A stretch of 64,000 bases of DNA from an uncultured Verrucomicrobiae bacterium (GCA_963813025.1 CAWEXO010000011.1:512001-576000), one strand, 5' to 3'. Shown: positions 9,976 to 20,396, numbered from the stretch's first letter. Notes: a model not told the origin generated them from the sequence alone. Made by a program: numbers and translations.

Positions 9976-11353
9976 TTAAATATGAATCGCCAGACCGAAG
10001 GCCTGCTCACTGGCTTCGTGGACCGCTTCGCTGAGCGTAGGGTGCGAGTGGATGGTGGCGTCGATATCTTCGTAAGTAGCCTCAAGGTTCATGGCCAGAC
10101 CGAGCTCAGCAATCAACTCGGTTGCCTCCGGACCAATGATGTGTGCGCCCAGAATCTCCCCGTGTGGCTGACCGATAAGCAGCTTCACAAATCCTTCTGA
10201 TTCACCCACGGCAAGAGCTTTCCCGTTCGCGGAGAACGGAAACTTGCCGATTTTGAAGTCCAATCCCTGCTCTCTGGCGGCACGTTCCGTCAGTCCAATG
10301 CTGGCGACCTGCGGTTGGCAATAGGTGCAGCCAGGAAAGAACTTGATTTTCTTCGGAGGATGCCCGACGAAGAGTCCTTCAACGGTCTGAATAGCTTCCC
10401 AGCTAGCGACGTGGGCCAGCCAAGGCGGGCCAATGATGTCGCCCGCCGCATAGATGCCGGGAACACTGGTCTGGTAATTATCATCAGTTTCCAGGAAACC
10501 ACCTCTTTCCACGGCGCAGCTCCACGCCCGGCGGCACAACGGGAGACACACCAATCGCGACCAGCACGGCATCTCCCTCCAGCGTCTGCTTTTTCTTGCC
10601 TTCAACCGTGAGACCCACCGCGTTCTCGCCGGCTTCGGCCTGAACGACCTTGGTATTGGTCAGGAACTTGATGCCCTGCCGCGTAAACGCTTTTTCCAAG
10701 GCGACGCTGACTTCGGTATCTTCCACCGGCAACAGGTTCGGCAGCATCTCGACCAGCGTGACCTCGGTGCCGAACGCATTAAAAAAGTAAGCGAATTCGA
10801 CCCCGATCGCGCCGGCCCCGATGATAATCAGCCGCTTGGGTTGGTTCTCAACGATCATTGCCTGATGGCTGTCGAGCACCGTTGTACCGTTGACGTCCAA
10901 GCTTGGCATGGCTTTAGCGATACACCCGGTGCTGATCAAAATTTTGCCGGTTTCCGCCGTTTCCTCCCGGCCCTCCCGTGATCGGTAACGCACTTGTCCC
11001 GCCTGCGGAATCGTTCCTTCGCCCAGCAAATAGTCGATCTTGTTTTTCTTGAAAAGAAATTCGACGCCGCCGGCTAGTTTGTTGGCTACTGAACGGCTGC
11101 GGGAGATGATCTTGGGCCAGTCAAAGCTCAGGTTGTCAAATTTGATGCCAAAGTCGCCGGCGCGCCGGCTCAGCAACGAATATAGCTCGGCATTGCGCAG
11201 AAGGGATTTTGTCGGAATGCAACCCCAATTCAGGCAGGTGCCCCCTGCCCTGTCTCTCTCGATACAGGCTACTTTTTTTCCAAGTTGTGCCGCGCGAATA
11301 GCTCCAACATAACCGGCCGGGCCACCGCCGATGACTATAAGGTCATATTTCAT
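9976..11353 (-). CDS. lpdA: Dihydrolipoyl dehydrogenase (E3), frameshift near 10510
   Basis: GGGPAGYVGA and GGTCLNWGCIPTK; the C-terminal HSHPTLSE lies in a second frame (9976-10605). Confidence 0.93.
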
Positions 11354-11495
11354 AGGTGAGTGCGAGTGCTAGTGCCAGTGCTTCCGAGCGAGTATCAATG
11401 CTCACTGCTGCTTTCCGTGCAAGCACACTCTTCGGGAAATTGCCGCCTTACGATCTGACGACCGACGCTGACACTGGCACTAGCATTGGCACTAC

Positions 11496-12875
11496 TTAAA
11501 TCAACATTAAGGCCGGAGTCTCGATAAGCCTTTTCAGCTCAGCAAGGAACTGCGCCCCAATCGCTCCATCGACCACGCGATGATCGCAGCTCAATCCAAG
11601 TGTCATTCTCTCGCCCGCGGCCAACTCGCCCTTCTCGTTAACTACCGGCTTTTTGACGATCGCGCCGACCGATACGATCAGAGCCTGCGGTGGGTTAATG
11701 ATGGCAAAAAATTGCTCCACACCATAGCTGCCGAGGTTCGAAACCGTTAACGTCCCTCCCTGGTATTCCTCGGGTTTCAACTTCTTGGAGCGAGCCCGGG
11801 CGGCGAGATCTTTAATGTCGGCGCTGATCTGAAGCAGGCTTTTGTTTTGGGCTTCGCGAATGACTGGAGTGACCAGCCCTTCGTCAATGGCGACAGCGCA
11901 AGCGAGCTGAACATTGGCAAATTGGACAATCGCGTCCCCCGCGAACGCCGCGTTGGCCTGAGGTACCCGGACAGCGACAACCGCCGTCGCTTTCAGGATA
12001 AAATCGTTGACAGTGACCTTTGGCTGCTTCGCCGCTTCTAGCGAAGCATTGATCTCGCGGCGAAGTGCCATTAGCGGTCCAACATCGACCTCAGCCTGCA
12101 GGTAAAAATGCGGGATGGTGGTTTTGGACTCCAGAAGACGAGCAGCGATTCCTTTGCGCATTCCGCTGAGGACAATGCGTTTGTCTTCGGTGGCGGCGCG
12201 AACCGGCTGCCCTTCCGCCGGCTTTGGCGGCGTCGAGACAGGTTTCTCCGCTGCACGGGCGGGTTTGGCGCCGGCTTTGGCGGCTGCCAGAACGTCGTCG
12301 CGGACGATTCGCCCGCCGGGTCCGGTGCCAGTGAGAGATCCCAGGTCGACACCAAGCTCGCGGCCAATTTTCCGAGCCAGCGGCGAGGCTTTCACCCGTT
12401 GACCGGTTTTCCCGCTGTCTTCGGCGGCGCGAATTCCCTGCGTAGCAGTCTCTCCAGGAGCGGTCGAGCTCGGCGGTTTTGCTTCGCCCTCCGTCTTGTC
12501 AGCAATCTCCGGCTGCGTCGCGTCTCTCTCAGCTTGGGCCGTTCTGCCCTGCGCTTCGTCCTTTTGTGTATCCTTGTTCGGACTCACTCCGGACTGCTCG
12601 GAAGTGGCCGATTTAGCTCCTCCGTCTGGTTTTTCTCCTTCCTGCAAAAGGACGGCTAGCTTCTGCCCAACTTCCACCTTTTGACCCTCCTCCACATAAA
12701 TTTCGCTGAGCGTACCTTCGTCGAATGCCTCCATTTCCATCGTGGCCTTATCGGTCTCAACCTCGGCCAGAACGTCTCCCACCTCGACCTGGTCGCCTGG
12801 CTTCTTGATCCAACGCACCAGCGTGCCCTCCGTCATGGTGTCGCTCAGTTTCGGCATCTCGATCGTAATCGGCAT
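11496..12875 (-). CDS. pdhC: Pyruvate dehydrogenase E2, dihydrolipoamide acetyltransferase
   Basis: Lipoyl domain ETDKATME, E3-binding ASPLARK, catalytic DHRVVDGA. Confidence 0.95.
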   Translation of the reverse strand: MPITIEMPKLSDTMTEGTLVRWIKKPGDQVEVGDVLAEVETDKATMEMEAFDEGTLSEIYVEEGQKVEVGQKLAVLLQEGEKPDGGAKSATSEQSGVSPNKDTQKDEAQGRTAQAERDATQPEIADKTEGEAKPPSSTAPGETATQGIRAAEDSGKTGQRVKASPLARKIGRELGVDLGSLTGTGPGGRIVRDDVLAAAKAGAKPARAAEKPVSTPPKPAEGQPVRAATEDKRIVLSGMRKGIAARLLESKTTIPHFYLQAEVDVGPLMALRREINASLEAAKQPKVTVNDFILKATAVVAVRVPQANAAFAGDAIVQFANVQLACAVAIDEGLVTPVIREAQNKSLLQISADIKDLAARARSKKLKPEEYQGGTLTVSNLGSYGVEQFFAIINPPQALIVSVGAIVKKPVVNEKGELAAGERMTLGLSCDHRVVDGAIGAQFLAELKRLIETPALMLI

Positions 12876-12891
12876 AGTGACGGACTGGAGT

Positions 12892-13866
12892 TCAGCAGAT
12901 CTCAAGCACTTTGCACAGGACGCGCCGCGGGTCGGGCAGCTGCATTTTTTCCAGGGGCGGACTGTAAATCGCCGGCGCGTCCAGCGCGGAGATTCGCGCT
13001 ATCGGAGCGTCCAGATCATCAAAGGCTTTCTCCTGGATCATAGCGGTTATTTGGGCGCCAGTACCGCAGAACGGCTTGTTCTCTTCCACGACAATCACCC
13101 GATGAGTTTTGCGCACCGACGCCAGGATCGTCCCCTCGTCCAATGGGCGAATCGAGCGCAGATCGATCACCTCAGCATTGATATCATGTTCCGCCGCCAG
13201 ATGTTCGGCCGCCGTCAAACACGTGAGAACCGCTCGCCCGTGTGCCACCAGAGTGATGTCCGTTCCCGCCCGCTTCACATCGGCTACTCCCAACGGAATG
13301 AGATACTCATCATCGGGAACCTCCCACTTCTCGCCGTAAAGCAGCGTGTTCTCCATGAACATCACCGGATCGTTATCACGGATCGAGGTTTTCAGCAGAC
13401 CCTTGGCGTCGTAAGCTGTCGCCGGGACTACCACTTTCAGCCCAGGCATGTTGGCCAAAAGATTATCAGGCGTATGAGAATGGGTCGCTCCGACGTTTGT
13501 GCCGGCATTCGCCGGACCGCGAATGACAATGGGCAGATGCAACAGACCACCGGACATGTAACGGATACAGCCGGCATTATTCACTATCTGGTCGAACGCC
13601 ACGTAAGCGAAACTCCAGAACATCAGTTCGAGAACCGGCCGCAATCCGAGCATCGACGCTCCAATCCCCATGCCGATGAAGGCTGCCTCGCTAATCGGAG
13701 TATCGACCAATCTCCGGTCGCCATACTTCTTCCAAAGGCCCTCGGTGATCTTGTAAGCGCCATTGTACTGGGCTACTTCCTCCCCGATGACCACCACATT
13801 TTCGTCCCGCTGGATCTCCTCATCGAGGGCAGTTTTCAGGGCGTTTCGATAAGTAATAAGAGGCAT
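12892..13866 (-). CDS. pdhB: Pyruvate dehydrogenase E1 beta
   Basis: GEEVAQYNGAYKIT and DTPISE motifs. Confidence 0.95.
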   Translation of the reverse strand: MPLITYRNALKTALDEEIQRDENVVVIGEEVAQYNGAYKITEGLWKKYGDRRLVDTPISEAAFIGMGIGASMLGLRPVLELMFWSFAYVAFDQIVNNAGCIRYMSGGLLHLPIVIRGPANAGTNVGATHSHTPDNLLANMPGLKVVVPATAYDAKGLLKTSIRDNDPVMFMENTLLYGEKWEVPDDEYLIPLGVADVKRAGTDITLVAHGRAVLTCLTAAEHLAAEHDINAEVIDLRSIRPLDEGTILASVRKTHRVIVVEENKPFCGTGAQITAMIQEKAFDDLDAPIARISALDAPAIYSPPLEKMQLPDPRRVLCKVLEIC

Positions 13867-14039
13867 CGTGGCAAACTAGAGTCCTTGAACACTGAAATTA
13901 CTGTAGATGAATCAAGTTCTTAAGCGGATCTTTTTTAATTATTCTTTTCTTCGCTCTTCAATGACTCTGACCGCGAGACCGCAAAACCAGGGTCAGCTAG
14001 ATCTCCACGCCTGCCTCGTCGGTCTGAGGTGCGGCCTCG

Positions 14040-15137
14040 TTACGAATTAAAGAAAAACTTGCCGTGTTTTGCCGCTTCGGTGTGATGGTCCACTTCCCAG
14101 TAAACATCGCACAGAATATCACTCTTCTCGGGGAACGGACTCTCCTCGGCGAACTTCACGCTCTGGTTCGCTTCTTCTTTGGCCTCTTTGTCGATTTTTT
14201 CAAACTGGTCTTCATCCAACAGGCCTTCCTTCATCAAGGTACGCGACCAGACCTGGATGGGATCGTGCTCGCTCTTGTACCGCTCGATCTCCTCGGGCGA
14301 CCGATATTTTTTCGCGTTGGCGTCCGCAACGGAATGACCGTAATACCGATAAGTTTGGACCTCGAGCAGCGTCGGTTCACTTTCAGTGTGCGCCCGGTCA
14401 ATCGCGGTCTGAGTTTTGGCCCGAACCTCATAGATGTCTTCTCCCTGAAACACGTCCCAAGGCATATTGTAGGCTTCCGCGCGTTGGGCGAGACCGCCTT
14501 TAAATGCCGAGGATCGTTGCAGACTCGTGCCCATCGAATAGCCGTTGTTCTCAATGATATAAATAACGGGCAGTTTAAATAACTCGGCCATGTTTAGCGA
14601 TTCGTGGAACGGGCCTTGGTTAATTGCCCCGTCGCCCAGAAAACATAAGCAGCAGCCGCGGACGCCTTTATACTTCAAAGCATAGGCGATCCCTGCGCCG
14701 AGGGGTGTCTGACCTCCAACAATGCCGTGACCACCCCAAAAGCGTTTGTCCGGTGCGAAGAAATGCATCGAACCACCCTTCCCTTTCGAACAACCGGTCG
14801 CTCGTCCAAACAGTTCGGCCATGCATTCATTCATGGACATTCCAATTGCCAAAGCGTGACCGTGATCGCGATACGCGGTGATCACATGATCCGTCGGCGA
14901 AAGTAACGAAATCGCGCCGACCGCCACGGCTTCTTCACCAGAATAAAGATGGAGGAAACCACCCATTTTTCCCAAGTTATAATATTTCAAGGCCGTTTGT
15001 TCGAAACGCCGGATCCGGCACATATCGGTCAACAAACGAATCTTATCCTCTTTGCTTAGCAAACGATTGATCGGGGCGTCGGCGTAGCTGGGCTTGGCGG
15101 AGGAAGTTTCCTTGGACTTGGTGGAGGAAGTTTCCAT
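14040..15137 (-). CDS. pdhA: Pyruvate dehydrogenase E1 alpha
   Basis: GFLHLYSGEEA, GKGGSMH, GDGA...NN TPP-binding motif, YRYYGHS. Confidence 0.95.
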   Translation of the reverse strand: METSSTKSKETSSAKPSYADAPINRLLSKEDKIRLLTDMCRIRRFEQTALKYYNLGKMGGFLHLYSGEEAVAVGAISLLSPTDHVITAYRDHGHALAIGMSMNECMAELFGRATGCSKGKGGSMHFFAPDKRFWGGHGIVGGQTPLGAGIAYALKYKGVRGCCLCFLGDGAINQGPFHESLNMAELFKLPVIYIIENNGYSMGTSLQRSSAFKGGLAQRAEAYNMPWDVFQGEDIYEVRAKTQTAIDRAHTESEPTLLEVQTYRYYGHSVADANAKKYRSPEEIERYKSEHDPIQVWSRTLMKEGLLDEDQFEKIDKEAKEEANQSVKFAEESPFPEKSDILCDVYWEVDHHTEAAKHGKFFFNS

Positions 15138-15156
15138 AACAAAGGTGCTACGAAAT

Positions 15157-15792
15157 CTAAGTGTTTTTTGGCGTTTCGGAAAGAGAGTCGGTCATTTTCG
15201 GCACCGCAGCCGAGGCCAGCCTTTGTCGGCGTGGCAGGCTGGACAGGGCCCAGGATAGCAAGAAGAGGATGGTGAAACTCAAATCGCTGACGAGGGTGTT
15301 GCGAAAGAAAAGAATGGTCGGTGGGAATCCCGGGTGACCCGCAGTCAAGGACTGATAAAGGCCCGCGGCGGTCCGAGGATAAGGAGTTACTGGCAGCGGG
15401 CCAGAAGCGTCGAACCACCAATCGGCGGTGTTGGTGATCAGATAGAAAAGTAAGGAGGCGACGACCGAGCCAGCGAGAGTGTACAACATCTTATAATGTT
15501 GTTGCTTGGATAGCCAGAAGCCCAGCAGAAGGATGAGCCCAAAACTAAAATACCCGGGGATCATCCGGGTATCGAGCAATGGTACCTGGTAATGTGCGTT
15601 GAGGATTAAATCGCTGAGCAATACGATGGCGAGAGGTATGAGGAAAGCAGCCCGGGGCCGCAGATACGCCCCTGCGCACAAAATAATCGCGGCCAGGGGC
15701 GAGAAATTCGCCCAATCGGCGGGCGCCCCGGCCAGAGCGTAAAGCACCCGGTAACATATTGCGACAACGATGAGGAGAAGAGCGGCGGGCAT
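15157..15792 (-). CDS. Integral membrane protein, DUF6580-like putative (S-component-like) transporter
   Basis: Hydrophobic; ANFSPLAA, LSDLIL, FYLITN and FFRNTLVSDL motifs. Confidence 0.7.
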   Translation of the reverse strand: MPAALLLIVVAICYRVLYALAGAPADWANFSPLAAIILCAGAYLRPRAAFLIPLAIVLLSDLILNAHYQVPLLDTRMIPGYFSFGLILLLGFWLSKQQHYKMLYTLAGSVVASLLFYLITNTADWWFDASGPLPVTPYPRTAAGLYQSLTAGHPGFPPTILFFRNTLVSDLSFTILFLLSWALSSLPRRQRLASAAVPKMTDSLSETPKNT

Positions 15793-16009
15793 GACGCAAA
15801 ACAGTTAGGCAACGGAGCAACGAAAGCAAAGGGAATCAGAAAATGAACGGAGGAGGGGAGCGAACTAAATAACATTATAGTAAAGCGTTATGTCATTGCC
15901 GGCAACAGGAGGACCGACGGCTGGAACGGCTCAAGGCGCGATTCCCGGCGGCTATCCGCGTTTTCTAAGTGAGACTGAGCAACAAACTCACGCCGCTTAG
16001 GCTGCCAGA

Positions 16010-16291
16010 TCACCAGTCCTTGACCATAGCCGAGAGCTCTTCAATGAGCAGATCGATTTTTTTTAGATCTTTGCGGCGGCCTTTTTCGGGTTTCAGATCG
16101 AGGGTTCGACAGAGGGTGAGCATGTCACGGAAATCGCGGATTCGCGAGGCTGAAATCTTCGGATTTTCGGCCTGCTCGATCACCGCATCGCGAACTTGCA
16201 CCAGATCCTTGTCCAAGCGGGCGGCGTAGACGTCGACGCAATCCCGAAACGTCTTACGCAAAAAGTCCAGCTCTTCAGCCAGGGACTTCAT
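16010..16291 (-). CDS. Hypothetical helical protein (93 aa)
   Basis: Plausible protein MKSLAEELDF...KPEKGRRKDLKKIDLLIEEL; the ORF track extends upstream into probable non-coding sequence. Confidence 0.6.
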   Translation of the reverse strand: MKSLAEELDFLRKTFRDCVDVYAARLDKDLVQVRDAVIEQAENPKISASRIRDFRDMLTLCRTLDLKPEKGRRKDLKKIDLLIEELSAMVKDW

Positions 16292-16638
16292 GGGTGAGAC
16301 CTCGAGGGATTTTGTCATGGCGGCAGAAACAGTCAACCAATAGTGAACGAAACGGCGAGGAATGTCACGCGAAAGAAAGAAGTTATTTACGCTTAGCCAG
16401 TTTGCAGCGGCCTGAGTGGCGGAGCGGCCTGAGCGAAATCGAGCGGCGCAGGCGAGTGGTCCGGCGGAGCAGCGAATTGTGGGCAACAACTGCACGTGCG
16501 AACGGAACCTTCGCGGGTCCCTCGGGCCGCTTTTTGCGCTCGCTTGCTGCACCTCTTCGGCGAAGCCGCTCAGCCCGGTCAAGCCGCTCCAAAGCGTTCC
16601 TGGGTTGAATTCCCGGCCTAATTCACGGATTCTGGCAG

Positions 16639-18498
16639 GTGATACTATATCCAAAGCACTATGATGTCGTCGTCGTGGGCGCCGGGCACGCGGGGATTGA
16701 GGCGGCGGCGGCAGCGGCCCGCTTGGGGTGTGGCGTGTTAATGCTCACGCAGAATCTGGATACAATCGGCCAAATGTCCTGTAACCCGGCGATTGGGGGG
16801 CTGGGAAAAGGACACATTGTGCGGGAGATCGACGCGCTGGGAGGTCTGATGGGGGTTAACACGGACGCCACAGGGATCCAATTTCGGATGCTTAACGCCA
16901 ACAAAGGTCCCAGCGTTCGGGCGCCGCGTGCGCAATGTGATAAGAAAGCGTACCAGTTTCGACTGAAGAACGTCCTGGAGGCCATTCCCAACCTGGACCT
17001 GTTCCAGGGGAACGTTGTGCAATTGCTCGTCGAAGACGGAACGATGACCGGGGTCGAGACCAACCTGGGTCTGCGTATCACGGCCCGGGCAGTAATTCTG
17101 ACGACAGGCACCTTTATGCGCGGACTGCTCCATGTCGGATTGCAGAATCAGGCCGGCGGTCGCATGGGCGACGCCGCATCGACAGTAAGCGATAGCCTGC
17201 GTCAGTTGGGCTTCAGTCTCGGCCGGTTCAAAACCGGCACTCCGTGCCGCGTCAACGCGCGGTCAATCGATTTGTCCCGGTGCGAGCGCCAGGATGGCGA
17301 CACCTCTCCGCCCCGGTTTTCCGCGCAGGAGAGGGGATTCGCTCCCGGGCCCTTCACGCTGAACAGCCTGCGCGACGGGATGTTCCACGTGGAACAGGTC
17401 CCGTGTTGGATTACGCATACGACAGAGGAGACGCACCGTTTGATTCGCCAGAATCTCGACAAATCACCGATGTTCAGCGGAATTATCCAGGGTGTCGGTC
17501 CACGATACTGTCCCTCTATCGAGGATAAGGTCGTCAAATTCGCCGATAAAACGTCCCACCAGCTCTTTCTCGAGCCTGAGGGACGTCAAACGAACGAAGT
17601 TTACCTCAACGGACTCTCAACCAGCCTGCCCTTTGAGGTTCAGCACGCGTTTGTCCGTAGCGTTCCTGGCCTGGAACGCGCCGAGATCGTCCGCCCGGGA
17701 TACGCCGTGGAGTATGATTATTGTCCGCCGACCCAACTCTATCCGACCCTGGAAACCAAGCGGATCCAGGCACTCTATTTCGCGGGCCAAATTAACGGTA
17801 CCTCGGGTTATGAAGAGGCCGCCGCACAAGGTCTTGTAGCCGGCATCAATGCAGGCCACAAAATCTTCGGTAAACCTCCCTTCGTTCTTTCCCGGGCGGA
17901 AGCCTATATCGGGGTGTTAATCGATGATCTGGTAACCAAAGGAGTGCAAGAGCCCTATCGGATGTTTACCAGCCGTGCGGAGTACCGGCTTTTGCTCCGC
18001 CAGGACAATGCGGACCTCCGTCTCACCCCATTAGCTTGGCAGCATGGTCTGGTCAGCGTAGGGGAGTGGCAACGGGTCTCGGCCAAGATTCAGCAGATTG
18101 CCGCCGCCAAGACGCTGCTCACCGAGAAAACGCAACAGCGGTGGGCGGCGCTTCTGCGTCGGCCGGAAGCGACTTTCCGCGATCTCCCGGCCTCAGTGCT
18201 TGCGCAGTTTCCCGCCTCGATCTGGGAACAAGTCGAGACCGATTTGAAGTATGAGGGCTACATCCGGCGCCAGGAAACTGCGATCGCAAAAGCCGAACGC
18301 GACGAGAATCGACCAGTGCCGCCGCATCTGGATTTTAGGGAGGTTCAGGGCCTCCGCGCCGAAGCACGGCAAAAATTTACCCAGATTCAACCGCAAACGC
18401 TGGGACAAGCGGGGCGCATTAGCGGGATTACTCCGGCCGACATTGCCTTGCTGACGATATTTCTGGAAAAAACAAATCGCTCAACTGTCTCTTGTTGA
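16639..18498 (+). CDS. mnmG: tRNA uridine-5-carboxymethylaminomethyl(34) synthesis enzyme MnmG (GidA)
   Basis: GAGHAGIEAA, MSCNPAIGG, GPRYCPSIEDK, GQINGTSGYEEAAAQG. Confidence 0.97.
   Translation: MILYPKHYDVVVVGAGHAGIEAAAAAARLGCGVLMLTQNLDTIGQMSCNPAIGGLGKGHIVREIDALGGLMGVNTDATGIQFRMLNANKGPSVRAPRAQCDKKAYQFRLKNVLEAIPNLDLFQGNVVQLLVEDGTMTGVETNLGLRITARAVILTTGTFMRGLLHVGLQNQAGGRMGDAASTVSDSLRQLGFSLGRFKTGTPCRVNARSIDLSRCERQDGDTSPPRFSAQERGFAPGPFTLNSLRDGMFHVEQVPCWITHTTEETHRLIRQNLDKSPMFSGIIQGVGPRYCPSIEDKVVKFADKTSHQLFLEPEGRQTNEVYLNGLSTSLPFEVQHAFVRSVPGLERAEIVRPGYAVEYDYCPPTQLYPTLETKRIQALYFAGQINGTSGYEEAAAQGLVAGINAGHKIFGKPPFVLSRAEAYIGVLIDDLVTKGVQEPYRMFTSRAEYRLLLRQDNADLRLTPLAWQHGLVSVGEWQRVSAKIQQIAAAKTLLTEKTQQRWAALLRRPEATFRDLPASVLAQFPASIWEQVETDLKYEGYIRRQETAIAKAERDENRPVPPHLDFREVQGLRAEARQKFTQIQPQTLGQAGRISGITPADIALLTIFLEKTNRSTVSC
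17381..17396. promoter_or_regulatory. parS centromere-like site inside mnmG
   Basis: Perfect 16-bp palindrome TGTTCCACGTGGAACA matching the bacterial parS consensus. Confidence 0.8.
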
Positions 18499-18650
18499 GC
18501 CGCTGAACCGTCGTCCTGCGAGTGCTCCGGTGAGCATCGCAATGGCAGCCGAGCGAAATGCCGCGTCGCCAAACACCATAAACGGCGGGGCGAACACTCC
18601 CTTTGCAACAAATTGCGTTGGCCGTGTGTCTTCCCGGAAAGCGAAACAAC

Positions 18651-18690
18651 TTGACAATGATTAGGACGCTAATAATTAGGCAGCTTAATT
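18651..18690 (+). promoter_or_regulatory. Putative promoter (-35 TTGACA) with two MarR-type palindromic operators
   Basis: TTGACA at 18651; ATTAG-N4-CTAAT at 18660-18673 and AATTA-N7-TAATT at 18674-18690, just before the marR ATG. Confidence 0.55.
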
Positions 18691-18692
18691 TT

Positions 18693-19232
18693 ATGCCCGA
18701 CGAGGTCCCTTATTTTAAAAACCTTCCCCGCTACGATATTTTGCGCACCGAAGCGGAACGCTGCCCCGAGTTTGACGCCTCAGCCTGCTTCGCTTTTCTG
18801 CATCTTCTGAAGACTGGGCACGAACTTCTCTCGCTGGACTCGCAGGTTCTCAGTTCGCTCGGGACGCGGCAAGGTCGCTTCTCCCTCCTGCTGCTGGCAA
18901 ATAAGCATGATGCACCAACGGCCGCCGAGCTGGCCGAGGATACCGGCGTCACCCGAGCAACGATCACGGGTTTACTGGACGGCCTGGAACGAGAGGGTCT
19001 GATCGAACGCCGGACGGATTCGGAGGACCGTCGCGCTGTCCGAGTGCATTTAACGCCGCTTGGTTTGGTCCTGCTGGAAAAGGTGAAGCCGGCTTATTGC
19101 CAGTGGTTTTCCCAGGTGGTCGCGAACCTGACCGAGAACGAGCGACAGCAGTTGGTGGGTCTTCTAACAAAAATCCAGGTGCAAATGGCGCGTCTGACCG
19201 CGGAAATTCCGGGAACATCCCGAGCGGCCTGA
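18693..19232 (+). CDS. MarR family transcriptional regulator
   Basis: ELAEDTGVTRATITGLLDGLEREGLIER...DRR...LT winged HTH. Confidence 0.92.
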   Translation: MPDEVPYFKNLPRYDILRTEAERCPEFDASACFAFLHLLKTGHELLSLDSQVLSSLGTRQGRFSLLLLANKHDAPTAAELAEDTGVTRATITGLLDGLEREGLIERRTDSEDRRAVRVHLTPLGLVLLEKVKPAYCQWFSQVVANLTENERQQLVGLLTKIQVQMARLTAEIPGTSRAA

Positions 19233-19239
19233 GAACAAC

Positions 19240-20391
19240 ATGCGAATTTTTCTTCGGCTCCTTGTCGGCGTGGCGCTCCTGCTGTCGGTTCTAGCACTCG
19301 TCCGCCATTTCACCGCCGGCCACGTTCCGGCGAAGCAGACGACAGGTCCCGTTGTCTCCACGGCGAACGCCGCGCCGTCCCCTGCGGCCCTCGACATTTC
19401 CTCCGATGTGGCGCGGCAGGAGGTTTGGCAGCCCTTTCTGGAATCGGTGGGTTCGGTGACGGCGATCAAAGGCGTTACCTTGAGCACCGAGATTGCGGGG
19501 ATCGTGCAACGGATCGCGTTTGAATCCGGCGTTCGGGTCAAAGCTGGCGATCTGCTGATCCAATTAGATATCACCCAGGAACAAGCGCAGCTCGCTCAGG
19601 CGACCGCCAAGCGCAATCTGGACAAAATCAATCTGGACCGTTACCAGAATTTGCTGGCACGGCATACGGTGTCCCAGTCGGACTTTGATTCGGCGGAAGC
19701 AAATTTTCGAACGGCCCAGGGCGCCGTTGACGAGCAGAACGCCATTATCGGCAAGAAAACTATCCGGGCTCCTTTCGATGGTGTTGTCGGAATTCGCCAA
19801 ATCAACCTGGGTCAATACCTCGGGACTGGGCAAGCCATTGTCACCCTACAAGCGTTCGACCCGATCTATGTGAATTTTCAGTTGCCGCAGGAGAATCTTT
19901 CGTCGCTCTCCGCTGGAACGAAAGTTGAAGTGAGGATCGATGCTTATCCGGGGCGCACCTTCACCGGAAAGATCACTGCCGTGGATGCGCAGGTCGACGT
20001 CAACAGTCGGAATGTGCAGGTGCAAGCGACGTTGCCCAACAGCGATTATCAGCTTCGGCCGGGTATGTATGCCAAGGTAAATGTGGCGACCGGGCAGGTT
20101 CGCGAAGTAACGACGGTTCCAGTCGCGGCGGTCAACTTTGCCCCATACGGCGACTCGGTCTTTATCGTCAGCGAAATACCCGACCCGTCCCTCCGGCATT
20201 TCCAGAGCGTACAGCAACAGTTTGTCAAGCTCGGCGAGACCCGCGGTGATCGTGTAGCGGTCCTTACCGGGCTGAAGCCCGGCGAACGGGTGGCAACGTC
20301 CGCCGTTTTCCGTTTACGCAGCGGCGAAGCAGTCCGAGTCGGTCAGAGTAAGAAATCGCCGGGACCAGAACAAACACCAGCGAAAGGTTGA
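19240..20391 (+). CDS. RND efflux periplasmic adaptor (MFP) 1
   Basis: IRAPFDGVVG and LRPGMY motifs. Confidence 0.92.
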   Translation: MRIFLRLLVGVALLLSVLALVRHFTAGHVPAKQTTGPVVSTANAAPSPAALDISSDVARQEVWQPFLESVGSVTAIKGVTLSTEIAGIVQRIAFESGVRVKAGDLLIQLDITQEQAQLAQATAKRNLDKINLDRYQNLLARHTVSQSDFDSAEANFRTAQGAVDEQNAIIGKKTIRAPFDGVVGIRQINLGQYLGTGQAIVTLQAFDPIYVNFQLPQENLSSLSAGTKVEVRIDAYPGRTFTGKITAVDAQVDVNSRNVQVQATLPNSDYQLRPGMYAKVNVATGQVREVTTVPVAAVNFAPYGDSVFIVSEIPDPSLRHFQSVQQQFVKLGETRGDRVAVLTGLKPGERVATSAVFRLRSGEAVRVGQSKKSPGPEQTPAKG

Positions 20392-20396
20392 TCTCC

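Noticed and set aside
12742..13923. Long antisense ORFs (this one and others such as 3623-4501 and 27537-28316)
   Set aside because: Shadow frames of real high-GC genes on the opposite strand, with no recognisable motifs.
15793..16009. Cobalamin or TPP riboswitch ahead of the DUF6580-like gene
   Set aside because: Could not find a B12-box or TPP consensus on the minus strand.
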